Of a stretch of DNA of 64,000 nt, positions 1-13,083 are shown piece by piece. Under the pieces are notes generated by a model. It ran no database searches. It had not been told where the DNA came from and saw only the letters and a program-made list of their open reading frames with translations. Source of the stretch: Phoronis australis (Eukaryota; Animalia; Phoronida). Each line of letters starts with the position of its first letter. Within the stretch, counting starts at the first letter, position 1. The stretch spans positions 748,449-812,448 of the forward strand of contig NMRA01000071.1 of NCBI GenBank assembly GCA_002633005.1, read 5' to 3'. Position numbers and translations under genes: made by a program.

Positions 1-155
1 GGCTATGGTCAGTCTATTGTACCTTGCAGGCTGTGGTCAGTCTATTGTACCTTGCAGGCTATGGTCAGTCTATTGTACCTTGCAGGCTGTGGTCAGTCTA
101 TTGTACCTTGCAGGCTGTGGTCAGTCTATTGTACCTTGCAGGCTATGGTCAGTCT
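1..155. repeat. 28-bp minisatellite, about 5.5 copies
   Basis: Unit GGCTRTGGTCAGTCTATTGTACCTTGCA; on the minus strand each full unit contains CAAG|GTACAA, the putative donor of exon 188-135. Confidence 0.95.
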
Positions 156-3100
156 TATATTGTGCTAGGGCTGGTGTCAAACTCACGGCTGTGAAAAATA
201 CCACAAAGAAACAAAGACTGCTATTTACCGATTGGGTCGCAGTCGATTGCTGGAACTTGGCAATGGTCGCCATCTTGATTAGATTCACGTGTGCATTCGT
301 CCAATGAATGTGCAGTTGTTGGACACGACAACGACTTCCATTGCGCCGCTACAGATGAAGCGTCAACAAGTACTCTTGGGATGGAATTGATGTTGTATCC
401 TAAAAACTTGCAAACAGCCTGGAAAACATTAGATCACGTGATTTTGGTGGGAGTTAAATCTGGCGAAAGCCTACAACCACCAAATGCACCATGTAACTAG
501 AGATTATTTATTTTTTTATCATTTTCTCTCTGCCAAGTCATTTTTATAACACAACTAAATATTTTGGCGTCGAATGTCTGTTTTCAAAACTCAACTCCTT
601 TATGTGTAGTATTGAAGGCAGGAGACAGTAATCGTTTTTAAACGTAGTTAAAACTACTGACAACATTGCATTTAAGCCAATGTTTCTATGAACAATCAAA
701 CCCCTGCAATGTGACTTGATGGTATGTTTCTATGAACAACCAAACCCGTGCACTGTGACTTGATGGTATGTTTCTATGAACGACCAAACCCGTGCACTGT
801 GACTTGATGTAGAGTGTCGCAGTCACATGAAACTTTCCGTTAAGTCTCCGATCGTAGTTTTTGTGCTTTAGTGGAAAAAAGCTACGTGATGTTGACGTCT
901 TAGACTAAACTCATTAGGCTGCTTGCCGCGGGAAGTTAGATTTAGTCGCCAACTAAAGACTGCCGTCAAGAACATTCCGTGAGGTTTGATGCAGGCACAT
1001 GTACAAACTCGTAATATCTTAAGTACAGCTCACTGCGCCTAAAAGTCGTGTTGTCGTGACGGTGTTGACCCATATTTCACCTACCGGGACTAACTCGGTG
1101 AACTATCCGTCCAAAAAAACAAAGTAGCATGTACATACTGGCACCTGCTTGTCCAATTTATTGCAAAATGAAGATCTGAAATCTCCCCTCTATGGTATGA
1201 TATTAGTGGAGTGCACGGACTACCATTTCAAGCGATGTCGTTGATTCACACCGAAAACTGCTGAAGTTAGTCTCTTTGATCCAACGCGTATTTAAGGCCA
1301 CTTTAAATATGCAACCGAAGTTGTCCATCATTAATCTTTCACTTTGGGGGGGGGGGGGGNGGGGGCGTGGTCACTCTGATGACGGTGTGTTGGCGTAGTC
1401 TGGGGATGTCTCTGTAGTCCTAATGTTTATTGGTCCGAAGATTCGAAAGTCCGAACTATTTCAAAAACTATTGAAAAATGATAAAAGGATCTATAATTCG
1501 AAGGTTCAGAGGTTTTTCGTCATTTTTTAATGTTTATTACGAATACTTCAATGTATAACAATAAGAGTTATGCCCTTAAGGCGCTATAAAACATTATATC
1601 TAGGTGTCAGCATTACTTCACATGTAATGTGAGGACAAACTGATGAATGCTCATACTTACATATACGTTAGTATATACATGTACAAACGCAACAAGAATT
1701 TCAACGGTATGTACTAAAAACGATTATGAATGTAAAAATGGATAGATATGTCAATTTTAATATAAATTTATGATACTTCTGTAGCTTTGATAGCAAGAAA
1801 AACGTCAATGTATCTGTAGTAGGAAGGTTGTGTAGAACAGGCTATTCCTTCGGCCTGTAGAGACATCGGATTTTGTTATCAGACTATCGAGCCTTTGGAC
1901 TATAAAATCTTCGTACCAACTAGCTTTCTGACTTTAACTATGACCTGTTGCCCTATCATACAGACTACCCTGCCATACAGTAGTTTTGCTAGTGTTCGGA
2001 GTGTATTTCGGACTAAAGACAAAGTCGTAGTCCATTACATACAAACTATCTTGTCTGACATTGATTGTACTTGTGTTCTAATTGTGCTTCTGTCTATAGA
2101 CAATGGCAGCATAGTCCAATGCATATATATTATCTAGTTATACAACAGTTGTACTAGTGTTCTGACTGTGTTTTGGACGATAGACATAACCGTAGACCAA
2201 TACATACAGACTATCGTGTCATACACCGGTTTTAATGGTGTCCAGACTTAATTTTGGGACATGACTGGAGCTCAGAGCTTACAGACTACCTTGTCATACA
2301 GTGGATGTACTGGTGTTCTGTACTTCAATCTTCTCCCGAGAAACAAATCATTTATTGTAATAGCATAGGACACGGTGACTATTCACAGTGTTGTTGTAAT
2401 TATTCGATAGAATGTGGCAACAACTCACCTTTGCAGTTTCCTGTGTGATTTCGCAAACCGTACCCCACAGTGACCCGTCGAAAAGTTCTAACCGTCCGTA
2501 AGAGCCATACCTCCCTGCGTATTCTAGCCTGACTTTACCTGAGGAGTGCAGGGAGTAGTATATGAAGAAGGCAAGGAGGTCGCAGACCATCGTTTTGCAT
2601 AAATTACCATGCAACGTTGAGTTTTCAACGAGTGCATGATGTGCTGACAACAGGAAGACAAATGTACATCTTGAGAAAACATGTCATGTGTACGTTGACT
2701 AAATCATCTGCTGCATTACGTTAATGCAGTGTCTGGTAGTGAATAAACTGCAGAATTATTGACATCAGAGCTGTCTCCCTTAATGTTGCTAACGCGAGTT
2801 TCTCTTGCGGAAATACGAAAATTAATGTGACTGTGCGCTTCTTTGAATAAACAAGGACATGACGAAAAAGTAAGATCGTGCAAGTCCTAGAAGTGTTTGC
2901 GTCTACGGAACGCAGCCCATATCAATAGGGGCATCCAACCAATCCGCTACCTGGTTATACGATATCATTATGCTTCGATAACCCAATATTCCCAAAATCC
3001 ATTAGCCATACGACATTTTCCTGTGTCTATAAAAAGCATACACACCCAACCCACGCATATATATGTTTACCTCAAAAACTAGCCACCATGACTTCACTTG

Positions 3101-6100
3101 CTTCATTATGATATGAATCAGAAAGAAAAATATAGTGAAACTTTATTCCTTACCGAATTCAAACACTTGGACTTCACATAGTGTCAGTTGGTTGGTTTGA
3201 CTGTCATCACTTAGTATCTGTATACTGACGTATTGACCTAGTAATGGCTGGCCACACCACAGGATGATGTGTTCTGATGAACGGAATCCGCCAAAACGTT
3301 GCGTGCACAAACTATTGTTTTGGAAACCATTCTCACCTTGAAAGCCGATTCGAATCTCGAGATTTCGTAATTCGTTCCCTGTAACAAGACTGGGTTGTCT
3401 CCAAATAACGTCCTGAGACGATTAAAGGCGAAGGCAACCTTTTTTCATGTCACTTTTAGCAAAAATAAGGTTCATTGATTATCCCAGACACATTTTTCAC
3501 TTAATGACAGCTTTTCGTAATTTGATTAATTTCTCGTCCTCTACTCCGGAAGTGACGTTTTGGGAGGCAAGAGTTTCGCGCCAATTTCTTTTCATTATAG
3601 TTTGACTGTGAGAGCTGTCGAGTCAGTCATTGTTCTACCTTGGTTGTGATAAGTTCGGTCGTCGTTTGCTTTTGTTTACAAGGCAGTCAACATGCCACGC
3701 TGTTGCTGCGTGCCGGGATGTACTCATTATCGTCTCACACGCGCTTTGGGTACCTTGCGTCGCTTTCCGAAGGATGACACACTTCGCCGTACTTGGCTAG
3801 CTCGTTCATGTGAAGAACGCAGCGCTACCCGTCCACGCAACGTACAAAGCAGTGGAGGGTTACCGAGTGTGTGGCAAGCATTTTCTGCCGTCAGATTATG
3901 ACAGATATGTACGCTGAATTGATGAAGGTCCCTGCGAAACAACGCCTGAAGAAGGGTACCATACCGTCGCTGTTGATTCCCGGCAGTGCCCCGTCGCCAA
4001 CCCCGAGAAGTGCGTTTTTGAAGCGAGAAGCCTCGCGAGCTGTGGCCACTATATACAGTGACTGGAGGCACTTCATCTACTGTCACCCGTGCCTCCGAAC
4101 GTACCCCATTGCGTGCAATTCCGGGAACTAGCAGTGATTCGCCCTGTGCTGTTGTCTCTAGCCCAGAGCCTGTAAGCAGCCCTGCAGCGATGTTGAGTAG
4201 TGGGAGTGAATACAGGCCCAGTTCGACACCCAGTGAAGAGGACAGTTCGTCATCCAATGAACAGATCGGTGAGCCTAAGTTTGATAAGTTTATTGTGGAC
4301 TTGTATTGGAGCTATTTGGAAGGTGCCAGGTGTGTGGCGAGGGAGTCACACGGCGGGATGTAAGCAGTTTGGGTGCTCAGATCACCCTTCAGTGGGAGTG
4401 TGTCGCGGGACACTCGGGCAAGTGGGACAGTTCTTCCTCTGTACGCGAGACGATAATGAGTACACCCCAGTACGCAGCAACAGCGTGGCATGTTGACTGA
4501 CTCGTAAGCAAAAGCAAACGACGACCGAACTTATCACAACCGAGGTAGAACAATGACTGACTCGACTGCTCTCACAGTCAGACTATATGAAAAGAAATTG
4601 GCGCGAAATTCTTGCCTCCCAAAACGTCACTTCCGGAGTAGACGACGAGTAACTAATTAAATTACGAAAAGCAGTAAACAAGTGAAAAATATGGGAGTAT
4701 GGGATAATCAACGAACCTTATTTTTGCTAAAAATGACATGGAAAAAGGTTGCCTTCGCCTTTAAGGCAAACAGGCAGGCGTGCAATAATTGAAACCCCAA
4801 GATGACCACGTGATGTCACTAGCCTGAGCATACATGTACAGCCGCAAGTCTTGTTGATTGCCAATCAGCTCTTGAGGCCTATTCGAGGAATTGAAACTGG
4901 GACTCAAAATTATTTTCTGCATGTTTGTTTTCTGTTAAGCAAATTGTCCCCTTCTGAGCAAAAGTTCGTCGGTTGACCCCATATTTAATGCTAGAATCTT
5001 CGTATATCTAAATACACTCGATCACGCAATCAAAACACTTGTTGATACTGAACTAGCTTACTACGGGAAACGTATGTTAAATAAAATGAAAACAGTGAGT
5101 ATACTGGGTGTTCACGTACTATTTTCTAATTAGTCATCAAAGTGGCGGATGTTCTTATTCAATTCATAATTAATTGATAAACGTAACTGAAAATTTCTCA
5201 CAGCAGCAATCGGCCCGATTCCTGATTGTCAGAAAGCCTATTTCATGGCGCGACCCCAAGTCCAGCAACCACCACGGGTCTTTTTGTACATTCGTCTGCG
5301 AACACGTAGTCAACTCTCCACTAACTCTGCCGTCTATCGCCAGGTTCGCATACTGTTGTGTTCCGTTGTGACTCGACGTGGTAGACTGGTAAGAATTTTT
5401 TCCAGTTGCTAGGTTACCCGCTGAAAAACATTTAGGAAACTTGTCATGATAGGTAACTGACTGGTGATATATACATATAGCCTGTCCATTCTTGTTTGCA
5501 ACTTTTATTTGACAACTCTGAAGATTGTGACCGTTTTAGTAAATAACTATGAAAACGTGACAAATGTCTTAAGCAACCGATACAAACTCTGCTGCAAAAC
5601 CTTACCCAAAGAACTACGTGCTTCTATTTACAAAACAAAAACGCATTTCGAGGTTGTCCATAGCAATAAAATCTATTGGATTTTTGTGATTTTATAATAT
5701 ATGGCAAAATCTCTCGGTTGTCTGCTTTACGTTTGCAGAAAGCAAGGACGGCAACTTAACTATTTAAACACGCTTAAAACACCTTGCAGTTTAACTCTGC
5801 GTGAGAGTGTTCTGCTGCTACTACGGATCAGTATTGTGTTGGGTACAGCTCAACTGCTTATATTGAGCAAAGCACGTTCACGCATGTAAAAAATACCGAT
5901 CGATTACTGAGTAGTTGAAAAACACGTTCATGTACAATTGTACATTAAAAATTTAAAGGTCTATGATTATTTTCCTCGAATCACTGAACTCGCATACGTA
6001 AAAGTTTCGTGACGGTCTCCTAAATTGCATGCCAAGTAGATTTGATTATTTTCGATGACGACGAAAACGATGTCGCATTATATCTGAGCCTCTTAGCTTA

Positions 6101-9100
6101 GGAAATGTTTAGTGGTGGTCACATGGGTCGTCAATGGATTTGGGATTTGATCAAATAATGCACAGTCACTGCGGCGTCGGAAGCGTTTTCCTTATTGAAT
6201 CGGCAAATGACGTAAGAAGTCGGCAATGGAAAGGGTAGGAGAGAGATACCGTGGTTCTCTGATGCCCCACCCTCTGAAATGTTAGAGTGTTCAAGTCTCA
6301 CTTTGTGCATTCTAGAAGCCTCCGTCGAAACGCCTTTTTTGGTTCACATTATGGAAAATATAGTTCCGGCGCCCATGAATCATGTTTACTCTCGCCAAAA
6401 TGGAGAATATATATCGTTGAACCAGTTTTTACGTGCCCTTATATATTTGAGTAATTCAGTTAGCGGGGCCTCGAACGCGATGACCAGAATACATTGCAAT
6501 ATTGAAAGTGTTTCTCTGCCACTGAAAGAGCATTCAACCTGCTCACCATGTAATTTTAGGTTTGTTCATAAATATTTTTATTTCCGTTGGTATCAAAGCA
6601 TTTTCTTACACTTTCAAATTTCAAAAAAATTCAAAAAAATAACGATATGTCAACTGCTCGCCACTTCGTCGATTTTTCAGTCACAAGGCAAAGCACGTCT
6701 CCTTATTTGCTATGGCAAGACATAGACGTAGCACATTTCTTTAATATTATTATGGAAATGTGACCTTTGACCTCAGTCGATTTCAAGCCACTGACTGTGA
6801 GAGCACGCGCACAATTATCATAAATTAGAAGCTCTGTGGTAACCACAGAGTCTTTCCTACGTGTGCATTTCAAAAATCGTGAATTTTGGGATTTTTCATG
6901 GAAATTTCTCACAGGGGAAAGTGAATTACTAGACCCGGCATTAGTATACCGGCCCGTGAGCTGACCTCTTATCGATGAGGTATTTTGTTCATAGGCCTAT
7001 ATGCGTGAGCCGTGTTCTCAATACGTCTGAATATGAGTTCAATTTTTAGTGGTAAAGTCGTCTAAACAAAAAATAGTGTTATGGACAAAATACAGCTTTA
7101 ATGCATGATACGCTACGATACGATATACTGTGGCATACCAGTACACGACCAGTGTCACATATATAATCTGATTGGCTAAAGCGCAGTAGGTTAACATCCG
7201 TTATGAAACGACGTTGGCCGGTAACCTATATTATCGCTTTCCAGTAAGAACGGACGACAGGTGTCCCTCTTACTTGTGCAGGCGTCATTAACGAAGCCAA
7301 TAAGAACATGTCAATCTGATAAGAGATGAAAAAATGAGAGGGAATAATTTTAAGTAATCGTGACCGACCCTCGGGTTTATAGTGCAGACTTCGGAGGAGC
7401 AATGCTGGTCTAGTCCGGCTATCAGAACTCAAATGATTGCCCTTGACCTTCTTGCGCCAGTGGCGGATCTAAGATATCACAAGGGGGGGCCCAACATTTT
7501 CTCCGGCTGTAAGCATTTGCGCAAACCACGATTTTAGATGCGCACAGCACCGAATGGGGGGAGGTCGGGAGGAGGGCAAACCCCCCTCCCGCCCAGGAAA
7601 TTTTTCTGTTTTTCCTCTAAAAATCAAGCATTTTCCTTGATTTCTGATGTATTATCCAAGAAAAAAAGGAAAAAAAACAAAAAACACGAAGACCGTGACA
7701 CACAGGAAAAATTGCGAGTTTCACAGACTCGACCTCACGACCTGGCTGATAGTACGCGCGTGCTTTACCACTACACCACCACGATTTCACTACAAATCGT
7801 GTGCTATGAGACCTACTTGTTTATGGTCTACAGCGTTTGCGCGCGAAACCTACTTCTTTTTGTAATGCTTATTACACGTTTTATATTTTGTGTAATCGGT
7901 TCTTAACAAATTTGTTGTATTTAAAATAGTCTTCAAATGCCCAAAAGACCAAATCCGTTTTTCGTGTTGGCAATAATGACGGGATTGCTTTGGAAATCGT
8001 CTTAAGTTAAGGTTTGGCAAAGAGAGAATTAATGAGTTTCTGAGTGATTCACTTAGGCTTCGATTAAAATTCACATCTTACCAGCAGCTTCTGTTTTTTC
8101 ATCGTCACTCAGGTTCCATTTTCCTTAAAAAATGAAGTAAATTTTCTCCATTGCACAGTGGAGCAGACGACGGAAACGGAGTCGTAGTGCGCAGCGCCAC
8201 TGCCGGTCGCCTGGGATATCGCGGGAGAGCCTACACTTAGCCATAGTTCCGTTACGAATGCGCCGTGTTCCGAATTTGACACTTGAAATTGGATCTGAGC
8301 CCCCCTCCCCAAACACTAAAACTGCACACATTTAAATCTTTTTTCAGCCGTATAATTTTAATTACAGTGGAAAATTAATAAACTCAACATTTCCCTACGC
8401 TCTTGCTGTTTTATTTTTTTGCGGCAGCCAAGGGGGGGGGGGGCCCCCCCCCTCCTAAATCCGCCTATGTGCGCAGAGCGGTTTTGAAATCCAACCCGGT
8501 TACTCGAGTTATTTTTGATGGGACATACAGGTAAATGGATTGGAGCCGACGCAATAGCGAATGTAGTTATGTTTTTCAATTTGCTGAAAGGACAGAAAGT
8601 TAAAAACCCTGTGGGCGCTGACCAGAACCTTTCACGACCATGTTGCCTTGCTTGAGTGTACATCAAAACTTGAACACAGAACGTGCACTCAGGCTTATCA
8701 CTTATGTTTTTCATTACAATAGATTCAAAGACACGGTCAACAGTATTCAAATACGGACTGGTTCCTACGGTGATATCAGGGTAGAGTTCAGTAACGCTAC
8801 GACCACGCTAAAGAGCAAGAGTTCACGAGATTACGTGAGATATTGCCGTGCGTTTAAAATGAGACGCGTGATTTTGGCTAGACTTTAGCGAGGTCCCTGC
8901 GAAAGTCCACGTGTTACTGAACTCTTTCCAGGCCATAATCTGAGAGAACAGTATTGCCCGAGGTCCATAAGACCTGATGCGCATGGTGCTCCTGTTTCAA
9001 TTTGTTTTATCAAACTGCAACTAATGCTCCTTTCCCGTGTCCATTTTCCGTCTGTTTAAGTTATTAGGTTACCTTGCTCTTACCCGCCTCCCTGTGCTGA

Positions 9101-11075
9101 CATCTACTCGCCTCGTGGACACGGTTTATGAGTTTTTACAGTGTTTGATTGGTCAGTGACATCTTGTTGTATGTGCTTCATGAATCAAATTTGTATTCCA
9201 CGCTGAGTTTGGAATCTCTCTTATCACTTTTCAGCCAATCAGAGAACGAAAGTAAAAGTGTTGGTGTACTTATCACTGTAATTGCACGACCATCGCCACT
9301 TGTGCCCTCTATACACGTATCATACATGTATAGAGGGCTAAAACGCGTTGCAATAACTTCCGTTATGAGGTGATGATGACCAAATTAGTGGTGAAATATC
9401 ACTTTTTGTTCCAACCGTTCTGCCATCAGATGTCACTTTTTGGGATCTGACGGCGACTGAAACCATATAACCCACACTTCCACCCCCGCCCTGAAGAGGG
9501 CAGACGATGCCAGTACATACAAGCCAACTAACGAAACAAACAGAAGAAAGAACCATAAAATGTCGTATCATGAAACAAATATGCACCGATCCCTCGGGTA
9601 CACATCGTCAGCTGCACCACGGAAGACTAACGCTGCTCCACGTCAGTAGCTAATATGACTCTCGGTACCGGTCTACGTCCAATCCGTATGTTTGATACAA
9701 AATCTATTTATGTCATGCTGATTGACCGTGTTCGAAGTTTATTCGGTAGTGGACAAGGATTTTGAAATAAATCGAGCGTATTGTTAGCTTTCGTTGATTA
9801 TTTCTCTAAAATGCAATACTACATATTGGTTGCATCTGTTCCTGTGCACAACATAGTTTGTTACCAAAAGATTTTCTTCAATAACTTGTTAAGTATTAGT
9901 AGTTAACTCATACATGTGAAACTAAAAACTTTTAAAGAATCTTTGGAAATCACACATTTGGAAAAACAGTTATAGTTAGTCGTGTTAGTGTCTTCTTTTG
10001 AAAAGATTTATTCGGCATGGAGATAGTCGTACCTTCTACAAACGTTACTTTTTTCGTATGACAATTGCAATTTCATGTTTCCACAGTTACACAAACATGT
10101 CTAGGATTTTCGTTTAACACCTTTTATCACGAGAACTCCACTGTCAAAAATGGAGGCGTCAACGTCTCGAGTTTGACTGCCGAGCTTTCGGGCTAAAATG
10201 ATTTAAACAAAAATCCAAGAGAGCCTTTTGTACGCATTATAATAATTGAAAAGTAATTGCAAGGCCCGCTCTAAAAATTCGGTATCTCCGTGAAAAATTA
10301 TGTTTTAGAAAGAAATAGCAATCGTCCAATAACGGACATCTGTGTTGATATACATGTACCTTCATACTCATTTTAAAATTCTACTGCCATCAACGGTTTT
10401 AAAATACGCAGTTTAAGCTGTCTGCTATGTAACTATTTTAATAATGATTGAATGTTTTTAAAGAAATTCAGTGCTTTGTAACTAAGGTCTCCTTTTGTCT
10501 TTAACATATCATTTATGCGCGTGACAACAACGACTGGAGGGATTTCAATTTAATTAACAAACCGGCCGTTTTCAGACTGTTTGAAGTAATTTTTATTTTT
10601 TCCTGGTTTGAACATAAAGTTTCATTTAGTGCATTTGTTTATTATTTTGACGTCACGCGCACTTACTTGTCACGCACACTTACTTGTCACGCACACTTAC
10701 TTGTCACGCACACTTACTGCACCATCTATACTCGTGTACGAGTAGTGTCTCACTGGAGTTATAGAAGCAGGATTCAACTAAAAACACATACTCACTGTTT
10801 CACAGAATGAAATGACATACAATGCGTAGGTCATTCTTGGCGGATTAGCATACTTTGTAAATAAAATCTTTCAAACTTTTGAGGGTTCACGAGAGTTAGA
10901 GCATTTATTTTGTTTGATAGAGCGCGCGATGTATGGAATGGCATTGTTATTATATGTTAATTTTATTGTAGTACACCAACAGCGGGTTTAGTATACTTAT
11001 ATTTTAGTACTTACCTGTTGTTGCTTTTAAAAGTACAGCACTGACGATCACAAGAGTTAGAGCGGGTTTCTTCAT
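135..11075 (-). CDS. Secreted F-type lectin (fucolectin) domain + SRCR domain protein, spliced; 3' end uncertain
   Basis: Exons (minus): 11075-11015 signal peptide MKKPALTLVIVSAVLLKATT; 5420-5202 GNLATGKNSYQSTT..ANLAIDG..CSQT..DPWWLLDLG..IRNRADCC; 3378-3154 NELRNLEIRIG..C..CGQPLLGQYVSIQ..LTLCEVQVF (F-type lectin); 2538-2429 KVRLEYAG..GRLELFDGSLWGTVC; 418-229 AVCKFLGY..LSC..LDEC..HC..IDC (6-Cys SRCR). Then either exon 188-135 after a 40-nt intron or a stop at 223-221. All junctions are GT-AG with consistent phases. The link to the signal-peptide exon is inferred. Confidence 0.85.
681..810. repeat. 44-bp tandem repeat, about 3 copies
   Basis: TGTTTCTATGAACAACCAAACCCGTGCACTGTGACTTGATGGTA repeated with a few substitutions. 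Confidence 0.9.
1875..2330. repeat. Degenerate tandem repeat, roughly 75-85-bp units
   Basis: Recurring TACAGACTA(C/T)C.TGTCATACA...TACTAGTGTTC motifs at about 1958, 2040, 2204 and 2280. Confidence 0.6.
3426..4760 (+). mobile_element. Kolobok-type DNA transposon, non-autonomous deletion derivative (copy 1), inside the F-type lectin intron
   Basis: TTAA at 3422-3425 and 4761-4764; termini AGGCGAAGGCAACC...GGTTGCCTTCGCCT; inverted repeats about 310 bp; carries a frameshifted THAP transposase 5' part. TTAA TSD, RR..YY termini and an N-terminal THAP domain are characteristic of Kolobok. Confidence 0.9.
3692..4440 (+). pseudogene. Frameshifted THAP-domain transposase N-terminus
   Basis: MPRCCCVPGC..RFPKDDTLRRTWL / VKN..YRVCGKHFLPSDY / RLKKGTIPS (THAP C2CH), then KFIV..ELFGRCQVCG..G..ITLQWECVAGHSGKWDSS zinc-finger region; several frameshifts; no catalytic DDE part. 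Confidence 0.85.
6600..6915 (+). repeat. Dispersed repeat fragment, related copy at about 37590-37860
   Basis: Shared GTCAACTGCTC.CCAC.TCGTCGATTT...CTCCTTATTTG.TATGGCAA.ACAT.GACGTA.CACATT block. Confidence 0.75.
7458..8469. mobile_element. Putative non-autonomous DNA element with short CA..GGCGGAT termini
   Basis: 5' CAGTGGCGGATCTAAG..GGGGGG and 3' GGGGGGCCCCCCCCTCCTAAATCCGCCTATG form imperfect short terminal inverted repeats (TIRs). Confidence 0.5.
10654..10717. repeat. 17-bp tandem repeat, about 4 copies
   Basis: CACGCACACTTACTTGT units. Confidence 0.9.
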
Positions 11076-11630
11076 TATTTCAAACTTGGCGACTGTTAAC
11101 ACAAGCAGCCGCCTCTCATCTTGAAAGATCTTCTAGAACTGAAAATCACAACTTCTAAGTTACGTGAAAATATCATGAATAAAAAATGAACGCTTTTTAT
11201 CAACTTGGTGTATTGAATGTTCATTCGCTCATGTTTTAATCAAGATCCACGGGGAAATGACAAAAACTGGGTTTGTCAGCGTGTTTCCGTGATCGTTACG
11301 ATTTATAAGATTGAAATGAATAAATAATGAGTGTTTGCGTGAGCTCGAGCGAGTGATCTTAGGTGATATAAAAACGTCTTCAAGTTCGACAGGCTCAATG
11401 CATTTTCAAAATTATATGACCCGCATTTATAGAACCATGTCTGATTAATCAATGTGCGCGCCCTCTGTTTTAAATCCTACTTCTAGACACATGAACATGG
11501 ATGTACATATCTGCACGTGTTCGCTGTGAAATTATCCGTTGAACTTTTGTCCTACCATTAAATTTATTCTACCAAAAATGTATTTTTGAAAGTAAGCATT
11601 CGGTGTTAATGCACTTTAGTGGTTACTTAA

Positions 11631-13083
11631 AGGCGAAGGCAACCTTTTTTCATGTCATTTTTAGCAAAAATAATGTCCGTTGGTTATCCCAGACATATTT
11701 TACACTTAATTGTAATTTTTCGTAAATTAATTACTCGTCCTCTACTCCGGAAGTGACGTAGTGGGAGGCAAGAATTTCGCGCCAATTCGGCTCTGCATTG
11801 AGTTAAGTTTGAGGATCTGTACTACTTTTGTTTTTGGGCTGTTTTTCTAAGATTGTCGTCACCACATCCCATCGAAGAGTTTTCTATGACAAACTAGGTT
11901 GTAAGAGAACCCAATTACGTTGGATTTCGGGATTCTTTAGTTTGTATTAACTGGAGTCGGCGATCCATATCACAGTGACAGTAGTAATGTGAGTAACGGA
12001 GACATTGTTCATGTAGCAGTGGTGACGAGGATTTTTTTTTCACGGACAGTTAATGGGTGTGTATACTTTGTATGCTTGAGCCCGAGTATAATGAGGCAGG
12101 GTACGCACAGACACAACTGTCCTACTTGCCCCAGTGTCCCGCGACACACTCCCACTGGATGGCGACCTGAGCACCCAAACTGCTTACATCCCGCAGTGTG
12201 ACTCCCTCGCCACACACCTGGCAACTTTCTAAATAGCTCCAACACTTAAGACAAGTACACAATAAACTCATCTGTTGGTTGGACGACGAACTGCCCTCTT
12301 CACTGGGTGTCGTACTGGCCATTCACTCCCACAACTCAACGTCGCGGCAGGGCTGCTTACAGGCTCTGTGTTAGAGACAACAGCAAAAGGCCAATCACTG
12401 CTAGTTCCCAGAATTGCACGCTCTGTGCCTTCGGAGGCACGGGTGACAGTAGATGAAGTGCCTCCAGTCACTGTAGTGGCCATAGCTCGCGAAGCTTCTC
12501 GCTTCAAAAACGCACTTCTCGAGGGTGGCGACGGAGCACTGCCGGGAATCGACACCTACGGTATCGCACCCTTCTTCATGCGTTGTTTCGCAAGGACCTT
12601 CATCAATTCAGCGTACATATCTCTGTCGTAATCTGACGGCAGAAAATGCTTGCCACACACTCGGTAACCCTCCACTGCTTTGAGCGCTGCGTTGACGGGT
12701 AACGCTACGTTCTTCACACGAACGAGCCAAGTACGGCAAAGTGTGTCATCCTTTGGAAAGCGATGCAAAGCCTGGTATTCCCAAAGCGCGCCTGAGACGA
12801 TAATGAGTACATCCCGGTACGCAGCAACAGTGTGGCATGTTGTCTGACTCGTAAACAAAAGCAAACGACGACCGAACTTGTCACAACCGAGGTAGAACAA
12901 TGACTGACTCGACAGCTCTCACAGTCAGAGTATCTGAAAAGAAATTGGCGCGAAATTCTTGCCTCCCAAAACGTCACTTCCGGAGTAGAGCACGAGAAAT
13001 CAATTAAGTGAAAAATATGTCTGGGATAACCAACGAACCTTATTTTTTGCTAAAAATGACATAAAAAAAGATTGCCTTCGCCT
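11631..13083 (-). mobile_element. Kolobok-type DNA transposon, same family as 3426-4760 (copy 2, opposite orientation)
   Basis: TTAA at 11627-11630 and 13084-13087; same AGGCGAAGGCAA termini; TIR about 150 bp; THAP remnant on minus (LHRFPKDDTLCRTWLVRVKN..YRVCGKHFLPSDYDRD..RMKKGAIP, about 12839-12100) with stops and frameshifts. Confidence 0.9.

Noticed and set aside
1346-1365. Poly-G tract as a G-quadruplex element
   Set aside because: Contains an N at 1360, so its length is unreliable; probably a sequencing or assembly break.
8358-9586. Minus-strand ORFs inside the first lectin-gene intron (signal-peptide-like and FN3-like stretches)
   Set aside because: I could not build phase-consistent exons or recognise a domain; an unrecognised exon or pseudogene is not excluded.
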